Positions 1 through 7,995 are shown, numbered from the stretch's first letter. The stretch is DNA of 32,567 nucleotides from an uncultured Candidatus Saccharibacteria bacterium (GCA_964357805.1 CAYHMS010000005.1:1-32567); one strand, 5' to 3'. A program made the numbers and translations. Notes: generated by a model not told the origin, from the letters alone.

Positions 1-156
1 CGTCTTTATCTCAACGTGCGTTATGAAACCAAGCTCTTTAAGTTTCTTCGCGATGGCAACGAGGTGGGAAGAATACGGCACCGACACCTCTTTCTTGCCA
101 ATGGCCGCGGCATTCTGGAGACGGATAATAAAATCGCCGACGCGGTCAGTTATCAT
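1..156 (-). CDS. rpsH: 30S ribosomal protein S8 (partial, runs off window)
   Basis: Own translation from ATG at 156: MITDRVGDFIIRLQNAAAIGKKEVSVPYSSHLVAIAKKLKELGFI, a typical uS8 N-terminus; follows rpsN. Confidence 0.95.
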   Translation of the reverse strand, partial: MITDRVGDFIIRLQNAAAIGKKEVSVPYSSHLVAIAKKLKELGFITHVEIKT

Positions 157-175
157 AGATAGTGAGTCATCGAAT

Positions 176-445
176 CTACCATGATGCTTTCTTAACGCCC
201 GGTATCTTCCCCTCGCGCGCGAGCTCGCGGAACTGGATGCGCGAAAGACCAAAGGTTCGCATATAGCCGCGGCTGCGACCCGTGATCGCGCAACGACTCT
301 TCAGTCGCACCGGCGAGGAATTTCTCGGGAGCTTCTGGAGTCCCTCGGAGTCACCAGCCAACTTCAAAGCCGCACGCTTAATGGCGTACTTCTTCACGAG
401 TTTGACCTTTTTGGCGTATCGCGCCAGTTGGGACTTTTTGGCCAT
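176..445 (-). CDS. rpsN: 30S ribosomal protein S14 (89-aa, Zn-independent type)
   Basis: [43 protein letters not shown]. Confidence 0.97.
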   Translation of the reverse strand: MAKKSQLARYAKKVKLVKKYAIKRAALKLAGDSEGLQKLPRNSSPVRLKSRCAITGRSRGYMRTFGLSRIQFRELAREGKIPGVKKASW

Positions 446-484
446 AGAAAAAATAATGGCTCCGAAGAGCGTGCCTAGAGAATA

Positions 485-1036
485 TCAACGTTTTGTGCTC
501 GAGTCAATGATAAGCGGAAGGCCCAGGTGGCGCAGGAAGGCCTCGGCTTCATCCTTAGAACGCGCCGTGGTGACGATGGTAATGGCGAGGCCGAAGATGT
601 CCTTCAGGTCTTCGTCGGAGGTCTCGGGGAAGATGGTGTGCTCACGGACACCGACGGTGATATTCCCCATATCATCAATGGCTTTCGCCGAGATGCCGCG
701 GAAGTCGCGCGTGCGCGGGAGCGCGATATGGATGAGCTTGTCTACGAAATCGTACATCCGCGCGCCGCGGAGCGTGACCTGGAGCCCGACCGTATCGCCC
801 TCGCGCACCTTGAAGGCGGCGATAGAGAGACGCGCGCCGCGCGCCGCCGGCTTCTGCCCTGTAATCTTCGCGAGGCGGTTCTCAATGAGTTCTAATTGCT
901 TTTTGTCGCGTTTCTTGCCGACACCCGAAGACACAATAACTTTGCTGATACGCGGGCTCTGCATCGGGCTCGTGTAGCCGAACGTCTCCGCGAGCGCGAG
1001 GTAAGTCGATTGCTGACGCTGTTTGGTAATAGACAT
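485..1036 (-). CDS. rplE: 50S ribosomal protein L5
   Basis: ITGQKP..SIAAFKVREG..VTLRGARMYDF..ALPRTRDFRG. Confidence 0.97.
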   Translation of the reverse strand: MSITKQRQQSTYLALAETFGYTSPMQSPRISKVIVSSGVGKKRDKKQLELIENRLAKITGQKPAARGARLSIAAFKVREGDTVGLQVTLRGARMYDFVDKLIHIALPRTRDFRGISAKAIDDMGNITVGVREHTIFPETSDEDLKDIFGLAITIVTTARSKDEAEAFLRHLGLPLIIDSSTKR

Positions 1037-1038
1037 AA

Positions 1039-1257
1039 TTATTTTTCTACAATCTTCACATTGGAGACATGAATCGGTCGGGACTTCTCAATAATTCTGC
1101 CGACCTTCCCCGCACTGCCCTTCAGGTGGCGCTTGTAGAGCGCGACGCCCTCCACGATAACTCTGTCCTCGCGCGGGAGCGCGCGCAGAACAACGCCGGA
1201 CTTGCCTTTGTCCTTCCCCGTTATCACCTTTACCTTATCTCCTTTTTTTATTTTCAT
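1039..1257 (-). CDS. rplX: 50S ribosomal protein L24 (short form)
   Basis: [24 protein letters not shown] motif, PIHVSNV. Confidence 0.95.
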   Translation of the reverse strand: MKIKKGDKVKVITGKDKGKSGVVLRALPREDRVIVEGVALYKRHLKGSAGKVGRIIEKSRPIHVSNVKIVEK

Positions 1258-1265
1258 ACAAATAA

Positions 1266-1643
1266 TTACACGACTTCAGGCGCGAGAGATACGATAGAGT
1301 GCCAACCGCGCTCGGAAAGCTCGCGTGGCACCGGACCGAAGATACGGTTCCCTTTCGGTGCCATCTCCTTGCCCTGCTTCTCGATGAGTACGACCGCATT
1401 CTCATCAAAACGAATGTAAGAGCCGTCCTTGCGGGCAAAGGGTTTGGTCTGCCGCACGACGACCGCGCGATAGATATCCTTTTTCTTCACCGCTTTCCTC
1501 GGAGCCGCAGTCTGTATGGAAACAACAACCGTATCGCCAATGCCGGCATAGCGACGCTTACTTCCGCCAAGCACCTTGAAAATCCGAGCGACCTGACCGC
1601 CGGAATTGTCCGCAACAGAGACGATGGATTGGGGCTGCAACAT
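1266..1643 (-). CDS. rplN: 50S ribosomal protein L14
   Basis: [38 protein letters not shown]. Confidence 0.98.
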   Translation of the reverse strand: MLQPQSIVSVADNSGGQVARIFKVLGGSKRRYAGIGDTVVVSIQTAAPRKAVKKKDIYRAVVVRQTKPFARKDGSYIRFDENAVVLIEKQGKEMAPKGNRIFGPVPRELSERGWHSIVSLAPEVV

Positions 1644-1649
1644 ATAAAG

Positions 1650-1678
1650 CTAGGCGCTAGGCGCTAGGTTACTAGCAA
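1650..1678. repeat. CTAGGCG-type heptamer tandem array at rpsQ 3' end
   Basis: ctaggcg ctaggcg ctaggtt a ctagcaa. Confidence 0.7.
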
Positions 1679-1910
1679 TACGGAAACGCTTGCGCTTGCT
1701 GATTGGACGCGTCGCGACTATGGTCACCGTGTCGCCCACCTGCACGGTATTGCCCGGGTCGTGCGCGAGGAATTTTTTCGAACGTACGAAGTACTTCTTA
1801 TATTTCGCATTTTTTACGTAGCGATTGACCTTGACCGTCGCAGTATCCTTCATCGCCGCCTTGACGACGATGCCGACGAACGATTGGGGACGGGAAGTTT
1901 TTTGTTCCAT
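1650..1910 (-). CDS. rpsQ: 30S ribosomal protein S17
   Basis: MKDTATV..KYKK..SKKFLAHD..GDTV.I..TRPISKRKRF. Confidence 0.96.
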   Translation of the reverse strand: MEQKTSRPQSFVGIVVKAAMKDTATVKVNRYVKNAKYKKYFVRSKKFLAHDPGNTVQVGDTVTIVATRPISKRKRFRIASNLAPSA

Positions 1911-1913
1911 ACA

Positions 1914-2114
1914 TTATGCTGCGCGAAGTTTACGAGCATGCTGTTCAGTGAGCACGCGGGCGATTATGGTGCGAAGTTTCCGTGGGGCGTTCGATTCTTT
2001 GGCACGTGCGCCGGCGGCCGAAAAACGCTCCGTGCGGAACGCGGCTCGTGTATCAGCGAGAATCCTCGCGAGTTCTTGATCGGTTTTCGTCGTCATATGG
2101 TCTTTTTTTGTCAT
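1914..2114 (-). CDS. rpmC: 50S ribosomal protein L29
   Basis: Position between rplP and rpsQ; RKLRTIIARVLT. Confidence 0.9.
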   Translation of the reverse strand: MTKKDHMTTKTDQELARILADTRAAFRTERFSAAGARAKESNAPRKLRTIIARVLTEQHARKLRAA

Positions 2115-2137
2115 AGAAATGGAGAAAAAGCAAGGAT

Positions 2138-2560
2138 TTACCTGCGTGCGATGATGGAGGTCGTGACCGGCAGTTTCATACTCGCCTGCCGCAAGTGTGC
2201 GCGGGCGATATCCTCGGGCACTCCATCGATTTCGAACAGTATTCGACCGGGACGTACCTCAAAGACATAGTGCTTCGGATCGCCCTTACCGCTGCCCATG
2301 CCTACCTCCGCAGGTTTGGCCGTTACCGGGCGGTCCGGGAAGATGCGTATCCAGAGTTTGCCCGTCTTCGCGGTCGCGCGCGTGAGCACCTTGCGCGCCG
2401 CCTCAATCTGGTTGCTCGTCACACGTGCACTCGTGAGCGCCTTGAGCCCGAACGAGCCGAACGCGACGGTGGTGCCGCGCGTTTCCGGACGATTTCTGCG
2501 CTTTTCGCTCTTGCGCTGCGTCTGCCACTTGCGATGTTTTACTTTCTTAGGGAAAAGCAT
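2138..2560 (-). CDS. rplP: 50S ribosomal protein L16
   Basis: MLFPKKVKHRK..QIEAAR..WIRIFPDRPVT..MGSGKG. Confidence 0.98.
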   Translation of the reverse strand: MLFPKKVKHRKWQTQRKSEKRRNRPETRGTTVAFGSFGLKALTSARVTSNQIEAARKVLTRATAKTGKLWIRIFPDRPVTAKPAEVGMGSGKGDPKHYVFEVRPGRILFEIDGVPEDIARAHLRQASMKLPVTTSIIARR

Positions 2561-2570
2561 ACAAAAAAAA

Positions 2571-3251
2571 TTAACTCGTTACTTTTGTTTTCTTCTCGAC
2601 ATATTTATTGCCGCGATAAATCCACACCTTGATACCGATGACGCCGTACGGTAGGTAGGCCTGTTCGTGCGCGAAATCAATGTCCGCGCGGAATGTCTGG
2701 AGCGGAATGCGACCTTTCTTGAGCTCTTCTTTGCGGCTCATCTCCGCGCCGCCAAGCCTCCCCGAGAGGCCGATGCGCACTCCTTCGACCTCACGCGCCG
2801 CGATAACCTTCTCGACCGTCTGCTTGAGTACACGGCGGAACGGCATCCGCTTCTCGAGCCCCTCGGCAATCATATACGCAACGACGGCCGCGTCAGTTTC
2901 CGGCTGACGTACTTCATTGATATCAAGCTTTACGACGCGACGATCCGTAGGCGCCACTTTACGTATCGCTTTCGTAAGCTCGGTACGCAGTTTGGTTGCA
3001 TTCTCCCCAGAACGGCCGATGACGAGTCCCGGGCGTGCGGTCGCAAGTATGACACGTAACTCATTCGCCGAGCGTTCAATCTCGATACCGCTGGTGAACG
3101 TGCCGCGCAATTTCTTTGTGAGGAAACGACGAATCGTCTCGTCCACTTTGATATTCTCGCGATAACTCGACTTATCGGCGGCAAACCAACGACTTTTCCA
3201 ATCTCGGATGATGCCAAGACGATGTGCGTAAGGATGTACGGTATGCGTCAT
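2571..3251 (-). CDS. rpsC: 30S ribosomal protein S3
   Basis: VHPYAHRLGIIRDWKSRWFA..RPGLVIGR..SGRLGGAEMSR..PLQTFRADID. Confidence 0.98.
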   Translation of the reverse strand: MTHTVHPYAHRLGIIRDWKSRWFAADKSSYRENIKVDETIRRFLTKKLRGTFTSGIEIERSANELRVILATARPGLVIGRSGENATKLRTELTKAIRKVAPTDRRVVKLDINEVRQPETDAAVVAYMIAEGLEKRMPFRRVLKQTVEKVIAAREVEGVRIGLSGRLGGAEMSRKEELKKGRIPLQTFRADIDFAHEQAYLPYGVIGIKVWIYRGNKYVEKKTKVTS

Positions 3252-3257
3252 AAAAAA

Positions 3258-3656
3258 TTACGTGCCCTTCATAGCTTTAGCGGAGTAGGGGGCAAGCGTC
3301 ACTTTCATCCGACTCTTGCGGCGGCGAATAAGCGAGGCGCGGCCGAAGGCGCGTGGCATATATTTCTTCAATATACCGGCGCTTTCGACAATGATGTCTT
3401 TGACGACCAAGTCGTCCCACTTCTCCTTTCCGCCGGAGGCGGATCCGCCTTCGGCGGACGCGTTCGCCGCTGCGCTCTTGATGAGCTTCGCCACGGGCTC
3501 CGAGGCGCGCTTCGGCAGGAACTGGAGCGCCACGAGCGCCGCAGACACTGACTTTCCCTTCACGAGGTCAGTGACCAGACGCACCTTGCGCGGGGTCTGA
3601 TTATGGCTCTTGAGTGTCGCGCTCGCCCTTCGTAGCTTCAGCGAAGTAGGGTTCAT
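3258..3656 (-). CDS. rplV: 50S ribosomal protein L22 carrying two in-frame palindrome-derived insertions
   Basis: TPRKVRLV.DLVKGK..KLIKSAAANA..PRAFGRA; start moved to ATG at 3656, just after the rpsS stop. Confidence 0.95.
   Translation of the reverse strand: MNPTSLKLRRASATLKSHNQTPRKVRLVTDLVKGKSVSAALVALQFLPKRASEPVAKLIKSAAANASAEGGSASGGKEKWDDLVVKDIIVESAGILKKYMPRAFGRASLIRRRKSRMKVTLAPYSAKAMKGT
3429..3458. repeat. 30-bp near-palindrome (two 15-bp hairpins) inside rplV
   Basis: Minus strand TCCGCC-GAA-GGCGGA TCCGCC-TCC-GGCGGA, codon-aligned, encodes SAEGGSASGG. Confidence 0.9.
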
Positions 3657-3657
3657 A

Positions 3658-4011
3658 TTATTTCTTAGCGGCTGGTGCGGCAGCCACTGACTCTTTTGCA
3701 GACTTCGCAGAAGCAATCTCCGCTTCCTGCTTCTTGGCCTCCATCTCTTTCTGCATCTTACCGCCGTGACGGATGAACTTCTTGGTCGGCGAGAACTCGC
3801 CGAGGCGGTGCCCCACCATATCTTCGTTCACGAGAACTTCAAGATGCTGCTTGCCATTGTGGACGCCAAAAGTAAAACCGACCATCTCGGGGCTTATCTG
3901 ACTCCGGCGCGCCCACGTTGTAATCACCCCCGCAGTAGCGGGTTTGAGGTTCTTGACCTTCTTCAAGAGTTTGACGTCTACGAAGGGTCCCTTCTTAAGT
4001 GAGCGTGACAT
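3658..4011 (-). CDS. rpsS: 30S ribosomal protein S19 with Ala/Lys-rich C-tail
   Basis: [35 protein letters not shown]. Confidence 0.98.
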   Translation of the reverse strand: MSRSLKKGPFVDVKLLKKVKNLKPATAGVITTWARRSQISPEMVGFTFGVHNGKQHLEVLVNEDMVGHRLGEFSPTKKFIRHGGKMQKEMEAKKQEAEIASAKSAKESVAAAPAAKK

Positions 4012-4077
4012 GAAAGTAATTAAAAACCCGCTCAGCGGGATAGCTCAAAGATACAGGAATAATACATCATCGTCAAA

Positions 4078-4926
4078 TTACGCCTTGCGTTTCTTGCCGA
4101 CTTTGCGGCGGGAGATGATGTGAACATTTGAATACTTTTTCGGCGTGCGGGTCTTCTGTCCCTTGCCGGTGGGCTTGCCCCACTTGCTTTTGGCGCGACG
4201 GAGCCCGCGACCCTGTTTGCCTTCGCCACCGCCGTGCGGATGGTCAACCGGGTTCATGGCGGTACCGCGGACAGTCGGACGGATGCCGAGCCAGCGGGAG
4301 CGGCCGGCCTTGCCGATGACGACGAGATTGTATTCCTCGTTGCCGACCGCGCCGATGGAGGCCCAGCAGAGGTCAGACACTTTTCTAATTTCAGTTGAAG
4401 GGAGCTTTACCTGCGCATAACCGGCATCGTGCGCGACGACTTCAGCGAAATTGCCCGCAGAGCGGACGAGGCTTGCGCCCGCCATCGGCGAGAGCTCAAT
4501 ATTGTAGATAAATGTGCCGACAGGTATCTTGCCGAGCGGCATGCGATTGCCCATCGTGAGAGGAGCGTCCTCGCCGACGAGGAAGGTAGAGCCGACCTTC
4601 ACTTCCTTCGGCAGAATGACGTAGCGGCGCGCGCCGTCATTGTAGAGCGCGAGCCCGATGAAGGCGCTGCGGAACGGGTCATATTCAACCGTTTCTATCT
4701 TCGCGGGGATATTCTTCTTGTTGTAGGCGAAATCTATGTCGCGAAATCGTTTCTTATGCCCGCCGCCCTGATGGCGTGTGGTGATGCGTCCGAAAGCGTT
4801 GCGACCACCCTGACTGTTCTTCTTCTTCAGTAAGGATTTGTGCGGAGCATCGCCCGACAAGAGCTGCTTGTACGGCAGCGTGGTCATGTGGCGGCGGCTC
4901 TTGGTGGTTGGCTTGTAGGTTTTCAT
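4078..4926 (-). CDS. rplB: 50S ribosomal protein L2
   Basis: GRITTRHQGGGHK..EYDPFRSA..RPTVRGTAMNPVDHPHGGGEG. Confidence 0.99.
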   Translation of the reverse strand: MKTYKPTTKSRRHMTTLPYKQLLSGDAPHKSLLKKKNSQGGRNAFGRITTRHQGGGHKKRFRDIDFAYNKKNIPAKIETVEYDPFRSAFIGLALYNDGARRYVILPKEVKVGSTFLVGEDAPLTMGNRMPLGKIPVGTFIYNIELSPMAGASLVRSAGNFAEVVAHDAGYAQVKLPSTEIRKVSDLCWASIGAVGNEEYNLVVIGKAGRSRWLGIRPTVRGTAMNPVDHPHGGGEGKQGRGLRRAKSKWGKPTGKGQKTRTPKKYSNVHIISRRKVGKKRKA

Positions 4927-4929
4927 AAA

Positions 4930-4965
4930 CTAGGTTGTTAGGCGCTAGGCTCTAGGCATTAGGCG
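4930..4965. repeat. CTAGGCG-type heptamer tandem array at rplW end / rplB start
   Basis: ctaggtt g ttaggcg ctaggct ctaggca ttaggcg. Confidence 0.7.
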
Positions 4966-5330
4966 AACTGAATCGTGTCGCCGGCGTTCAGATAGACATA
5001 CGCCTTGCGGCGCGCGGCGCGGAAACCAACCCCGCGCTTGGTGCGCATCGCCTTCGGCTTCCCCGGAAGATTCACGATGCGAATTTTCTTTGGGGCGACA
5101 TTATAGAGCCCCTTGATGGCGCTCGCGATGGTAGCTTTTGTCGCGCGCGTAGAGACATCAAAAGTGTAAACGCCTTTCTCGGTTGCGATGAGGGCCTTCT
5201 CGGAGAACCACGGCGCGCGAATGACCTCGTGGGCTACTCCGCTCGGAAGCTTCGAAGTCCGCGCGCGATGCTTTCGGGCTCCTGCCTTCTGCTCCTGCTT
5301 GCTACTCACTTTTTTGCCGAAGAGTGCCAT
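4959..5330 (-). CDS. rplW: 50S ribosomal protein L23 with N-terminal extension
   Basis: P..SEKA..YTFDV..ATKATI..AI..LYNV..KAYVYL..GDTI. Confidence 0.95.
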   Translation of the reverse strand: MALFGKKVSSKQEQKAGARKHRARTSKLPSGVAHEVIRAPWFSEKALIATEKGVYTFDVSTRATKATIASAIKGLYNVAPKKIRIVNLPGKPKAMRTKRGVGFRAARRKAYVYLNAGDTIQFA

Positions 5331-5335
5331 AAAAA

Positions 5336-6004
5336 TTATTTAGATTTGGTTCGCGTCATGAGTGCCTTGAATGCCGCTTCTGGCTTCTCGATGATGAGAT
5401 ATTTGTGCGTGAGCAAGGCAACCGGGTTTAGACTGCGAATTTCTTCGGTCCCAATACCTTGGAGGTTGCTGAAACTCTTGATCACGTTTTGGTTGTATGA
5501 CGCGAGAGCAATGAGTACAGAATTCGAGCCTTTGTTTGAGAGCAGTTTTGCTTTCGCTCCTTTTGAAAGTGCGACAAGTGCATTGAGTGCCTCTTTTGTT
5601 TTTGGTGCAGCGAAAGAGAACGAATCAATGAGAATAATTTCGCCGTCTTTCGCCTTACGCGAGAGAACCGAAAGAAGCGCGCCGATGCGCATCTTACGAT
5701 TTATCTTCTCGCTATAATCACGGGTATTGCGCGGGCCGAAGGTGACTCCTCCATGTCGCCAGAGTGGTGACCTTATGGAACCATGGCGCGCCTGGCCGGT
5801 GCCTTTCTGCTTCCACGGCTTCTTGCCGCCGCCAGACACTTCAGCGCGGTCCTTAGTGTGCGCGCGATTCTGTCGCAGATTGGCCTGCATCGCGGTCGTG
5901 ACCTGGTGCACCAAGTCGCTGCGCCAGGGCGCGCCGAAGATGCTTACGGGAAGCGCGATGCTCCCGACCTTCTTCCCGTCCATAGAAAAAATAGGTGCTT
6001 CCAT
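5336..6004 (-). CDS. rplD: 50S ribosomal protein L4
   Basis: TKDRAEVSGGGKKPWKQKGTGQARHGSIRSPLWRHGGVTFGP. Confidence 0.98.
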   Translation of the reverse strand: MEAPIFSMDGKKVGSIALPVSIFGAPWRSDLVHQVTTAMQANLRQNRAHTKDRAEVSGGGKKPWKQKGTGQARHGSIRSPLWRHGGVTFGPRNTRDYSEKINRKMRIGALLSVLSRKAKDGEIILIDSFSFAAPKTKEALNALVALSKGAKAKLLSNKGSNSVLIALASYNQNVIKSFSNLQGIGTEEIRSLNPVALLTHKYLIIEKPEAAFKALMTRTKSK

Positions 6005-6006
6005 AT

Positions 6007-6639
6007 TTATTTGCTTACCACTTCCAACAGCGTGCCGCGACGGCCCGGCACGGCGCCGCTGACGATAATCTTACCTGTTTTTGCGTCAACGACGAGCACT
6101 TTCAGGTTTGTCACCGTCACACGGTCTGTGCCAAGACGGCCGGCCATCTTCATACCCTTGGCGACACGGCCTCCCGCGCGCCCGCCCGAGCCGCCGATAG
6201 AGCCCGGGGAGCGCTCGGTGTGCTTCTGACCGTGCGTGCGCGGGCCGCCATGGAAGCCGTGGCGCTTCACGACTCCCGAAAAGCCCTTGCCCTTTGACAA
6301 ACCTGAAACCTGCACGACATCGCCGACAGCAAAAATATCTGCGCTGATTGTATTTCCGACTGCTTGCTGCTCCTGCTCACTGCCTCCTTCAGGCAATCTA
6401 AATTCTTTGATTGCCTGGAATCCCTTCCCCTTCGTATGGCCGAGAACTGCTTTGCTGATATTCTTGGTGCGGCGAACGCCGACACCAACCTGAATAGCGG
6501 AGTATGCATCCTTGCCCTCCTTCGTCTTCACCTGCGTCACTGTGACCGGGTCAGCCGCGAGAATGGTCCCCGCGTGCGCGAGACCGTCCGCCGTAAAGAT
6601 ACGGGTCATCTTTTCTTTCTTAGCGAGAATAAATTTCAT
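6007..6639 (-). CDS. rplC: 50S ribosomal protein L3
   Basis: Start at ATG 6639 (MKFILAKKEKMT); SKGKGFSGVVKRHGF..GSIG..KGMKMAGR..GAVPG. Confidence 0.97.
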   Translation of the reverse strand: MKFILAKKEKMTRIFTADGLAHAGTILAADPVTVTQVKTKEGKDAYSAIQVGVGVRRTKNISKAVLGHTKGKGFQAIKEFRLPEGGSEQEQQAVGNTISADIFAVGDVVQVSGLSKGKGFSGVVKRHGFHGGPRTHGQKHTERSPGSIGGSGGRAGGRVAKGMKMAGRLGTDRVTVTNLKVLVVDAKTGKIIVSGAVPGRRGTLLEVVSK

Positions 6640-6724
6640 TGTTAAAGCAAAACGCGCGATGCAGAGACGCATCGCGCGTTCTGCCATAGGACCGGCCATT
6701 GGGCACCGTTCGTAGCGTTAGCGG

Positions 6725-6753
6725 TACTCTACCCTACCCCTCCAAAAGATGCA
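6725..6753 (-). promoter_or_regulatory. sigma70-like promoter of rplC operon
   Basis: TTGCAT-17 nt-TAGAGT; downstream leader has hairpin AACGCGCGATGC..GCATCGCGCGTT (~6651-6680). Confidence 0.65.
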
Positions 6754-6796
6754 AGAAACAGAACGGCCGCGAGTGATTAGCTCGCGACCCTTTGCT

Positions 6797-6973
6797 TCAA
6801 TCGCCATGACATCCGCCGTGTGGCACTGGACGACCGATTGGATGTGCATCAATTTCGGCACTAAGAGCATCGTAATACGCATCTTCCAGCGCTTCGGCAG
6901 CAACTTGTGCCTTTCTTGCTTCTTCATCTCTTCTCGGCGCGTCTGCAAGAAACTCTTTAAACGTCATTGCCAT
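6797..6973 (-). CDS. small hypothetical protein (58 aa)
   Basis: ATG at 6973 preceded by AAGGAGGG; MAMTFKEFLADAPRRDEEARKAQ..PHGGCHGD. Confidence 0.6.
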   Translation of the reverse strand: MAMTFKEFLADAPRRDEEARKAQVAAEALEDAYYDALSAEIDAHPIGRPVPHGGCHGD

Positions 6974-7070
6974 AGTTCTACCCTCCTTTCTGTCTGTACT
7001 AACAGTAACACACAACCGTCCTTGCGGGCTGTGTGCATTCTTAGCCTCCGTTATTACCTCATCGTCACTA

Positions 7071-7108
7071 TGTTCGTTAAGTCATACGACCGTTGTAGAT
7101 AACGAACA
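7071..7108. repeat. left inverted-repeat copy flanking PaaX-like gene
   Basis: TGTTCGTTA-20 nt-TAACGAACA. Confidence 0.85.
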
Positions 7109-7112
7109 CTGA

Positions 7113-7727
7113 TTATTGTGGTGGCGGAAGGTTGAAATGTTGGCGTAGTTTCTCATCGTGCTCTATTTCATCAGCAACTATGTAGAGAACTCCATATCCA
7201 AGCTTGAGATGTGTACGTAAAAAGACAAGGAGTTTTTCACACGGATACGGGTACGCCCATGCGCTGTCCTGAACTTTGACGAAGCCGAATTCTTTGAGAG
7301 TTTCTCGCAGCTCATCACGCACCTTCCGGCGCCTCTCCCACACATCAAACATAATGATTCTCCATTTCTGGTCCCATTTCCTCTGCTTCGTAGGACGTAC
7401 TTCTTCACGCTGGCTCAACTCTTCAGCAATTTTCATCCCCTTCTCCGTCAGCTCTATGCGAGATCCATGCTGTGTGTTCGTCCGTCTGAATATTCCTTGA
7501 GCAATCAATTCTGAATATTTCTGGCTCACTCGCCGTTTGAGTCGAGGAGAAGGTCCGATGGCTTTTTCTACATACTTGAGAAGTCTCACAGCATTTGGCG
7601 CCATAACTATCATCCCTACTCCAACAGCGAGGTATGTCGAGAGTAAAACTGCATCTCTGATTTGATTACGCTTTGCCCTATGTCTCACCCTCTCCTCAAT
7701 ACTCCCCGTCTGCGCTTTTTTCTTCAT
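7113..7727 (-). CDS. CPR PaaX-family regulator-like protein (wHTH + Cas2-like domain)
   Basis: IELTEKG wing motif, then WDQKWRIIMFDVWERRRKVRDELRETLKEFGFVKVQDSAWAYPYPC. Confidence 0.8.
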   Translation of the reverse strand: MKKKAQTGSIEERVRHRAKRNQIRDAVLLSTYLAVGVGMIVMAPNAVRLLKYVEKAIGPSPRLKRRVSQKYSELIAQGIFRRTNTQHGSRIELTEKGMKIAEELSQREEVRPTKQRKWDQKWRIIMFDVWERRRKVRDELRETLKEFGFVKVQDSAWAYPYPCEKLLVFLRTHLKLGYGVLYIVADEIEHDEKLRQHFNLPPPQ

Positions 7728-7764
7728 GTTCGTTATTCTACACGGTCGTAGGACTTAACGAACA
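7727..7764. repeat. right inverted-repeat copy overlapping promoter/start of PaaX-like gene
   Basis: TGTTCGTTA-ttctacacggtcgtaggact-TAACGAACA; contains minus-strand TAGAAT 7 nt before the ATG. Confidence 0.85.
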
Positions 7765-7834
7765 TTGGAATGTGAATAGCAAAACAAAGTGATGTGGGCT
7801 TCTCTACCCTACCCCTCCAAAAGATGCAAGAAAT

Positions 7835-7971
7835 ACGAAATCCCGCAAAGTGCGGGACTGCTTCAATAAAGATCGGAGCGAATGCCCCCGAAGAGCGACG
7901 GCACTCATCTTGACCGTGTTCGTCGACTAACTCGACCAAGTGCTAGAACGCGATCGCTCTTCGGGAGACCT
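7835..7971 (-). ncRNA. putative standalone structured ncRNA of unknown class
   Basis: Extended -10 (TGaTACACT, 7978-7986); long stem 7953-7967 pairing 7885-7899 with G-U pairs on the minus strand; terminator-like hairpin 7840-7858. Confidence 0.5.
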
Positions 7972-7995
7972 GCACGTAGTGTATCAAATGATATA

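Noticed and set aside
7113-7727. CRISPR-Cas locus suggested by the Cas2-like domain
   Set aside because: No cas1 or other cas genes and no repeat-spacer array; the architecture fits the PaaX-like family.
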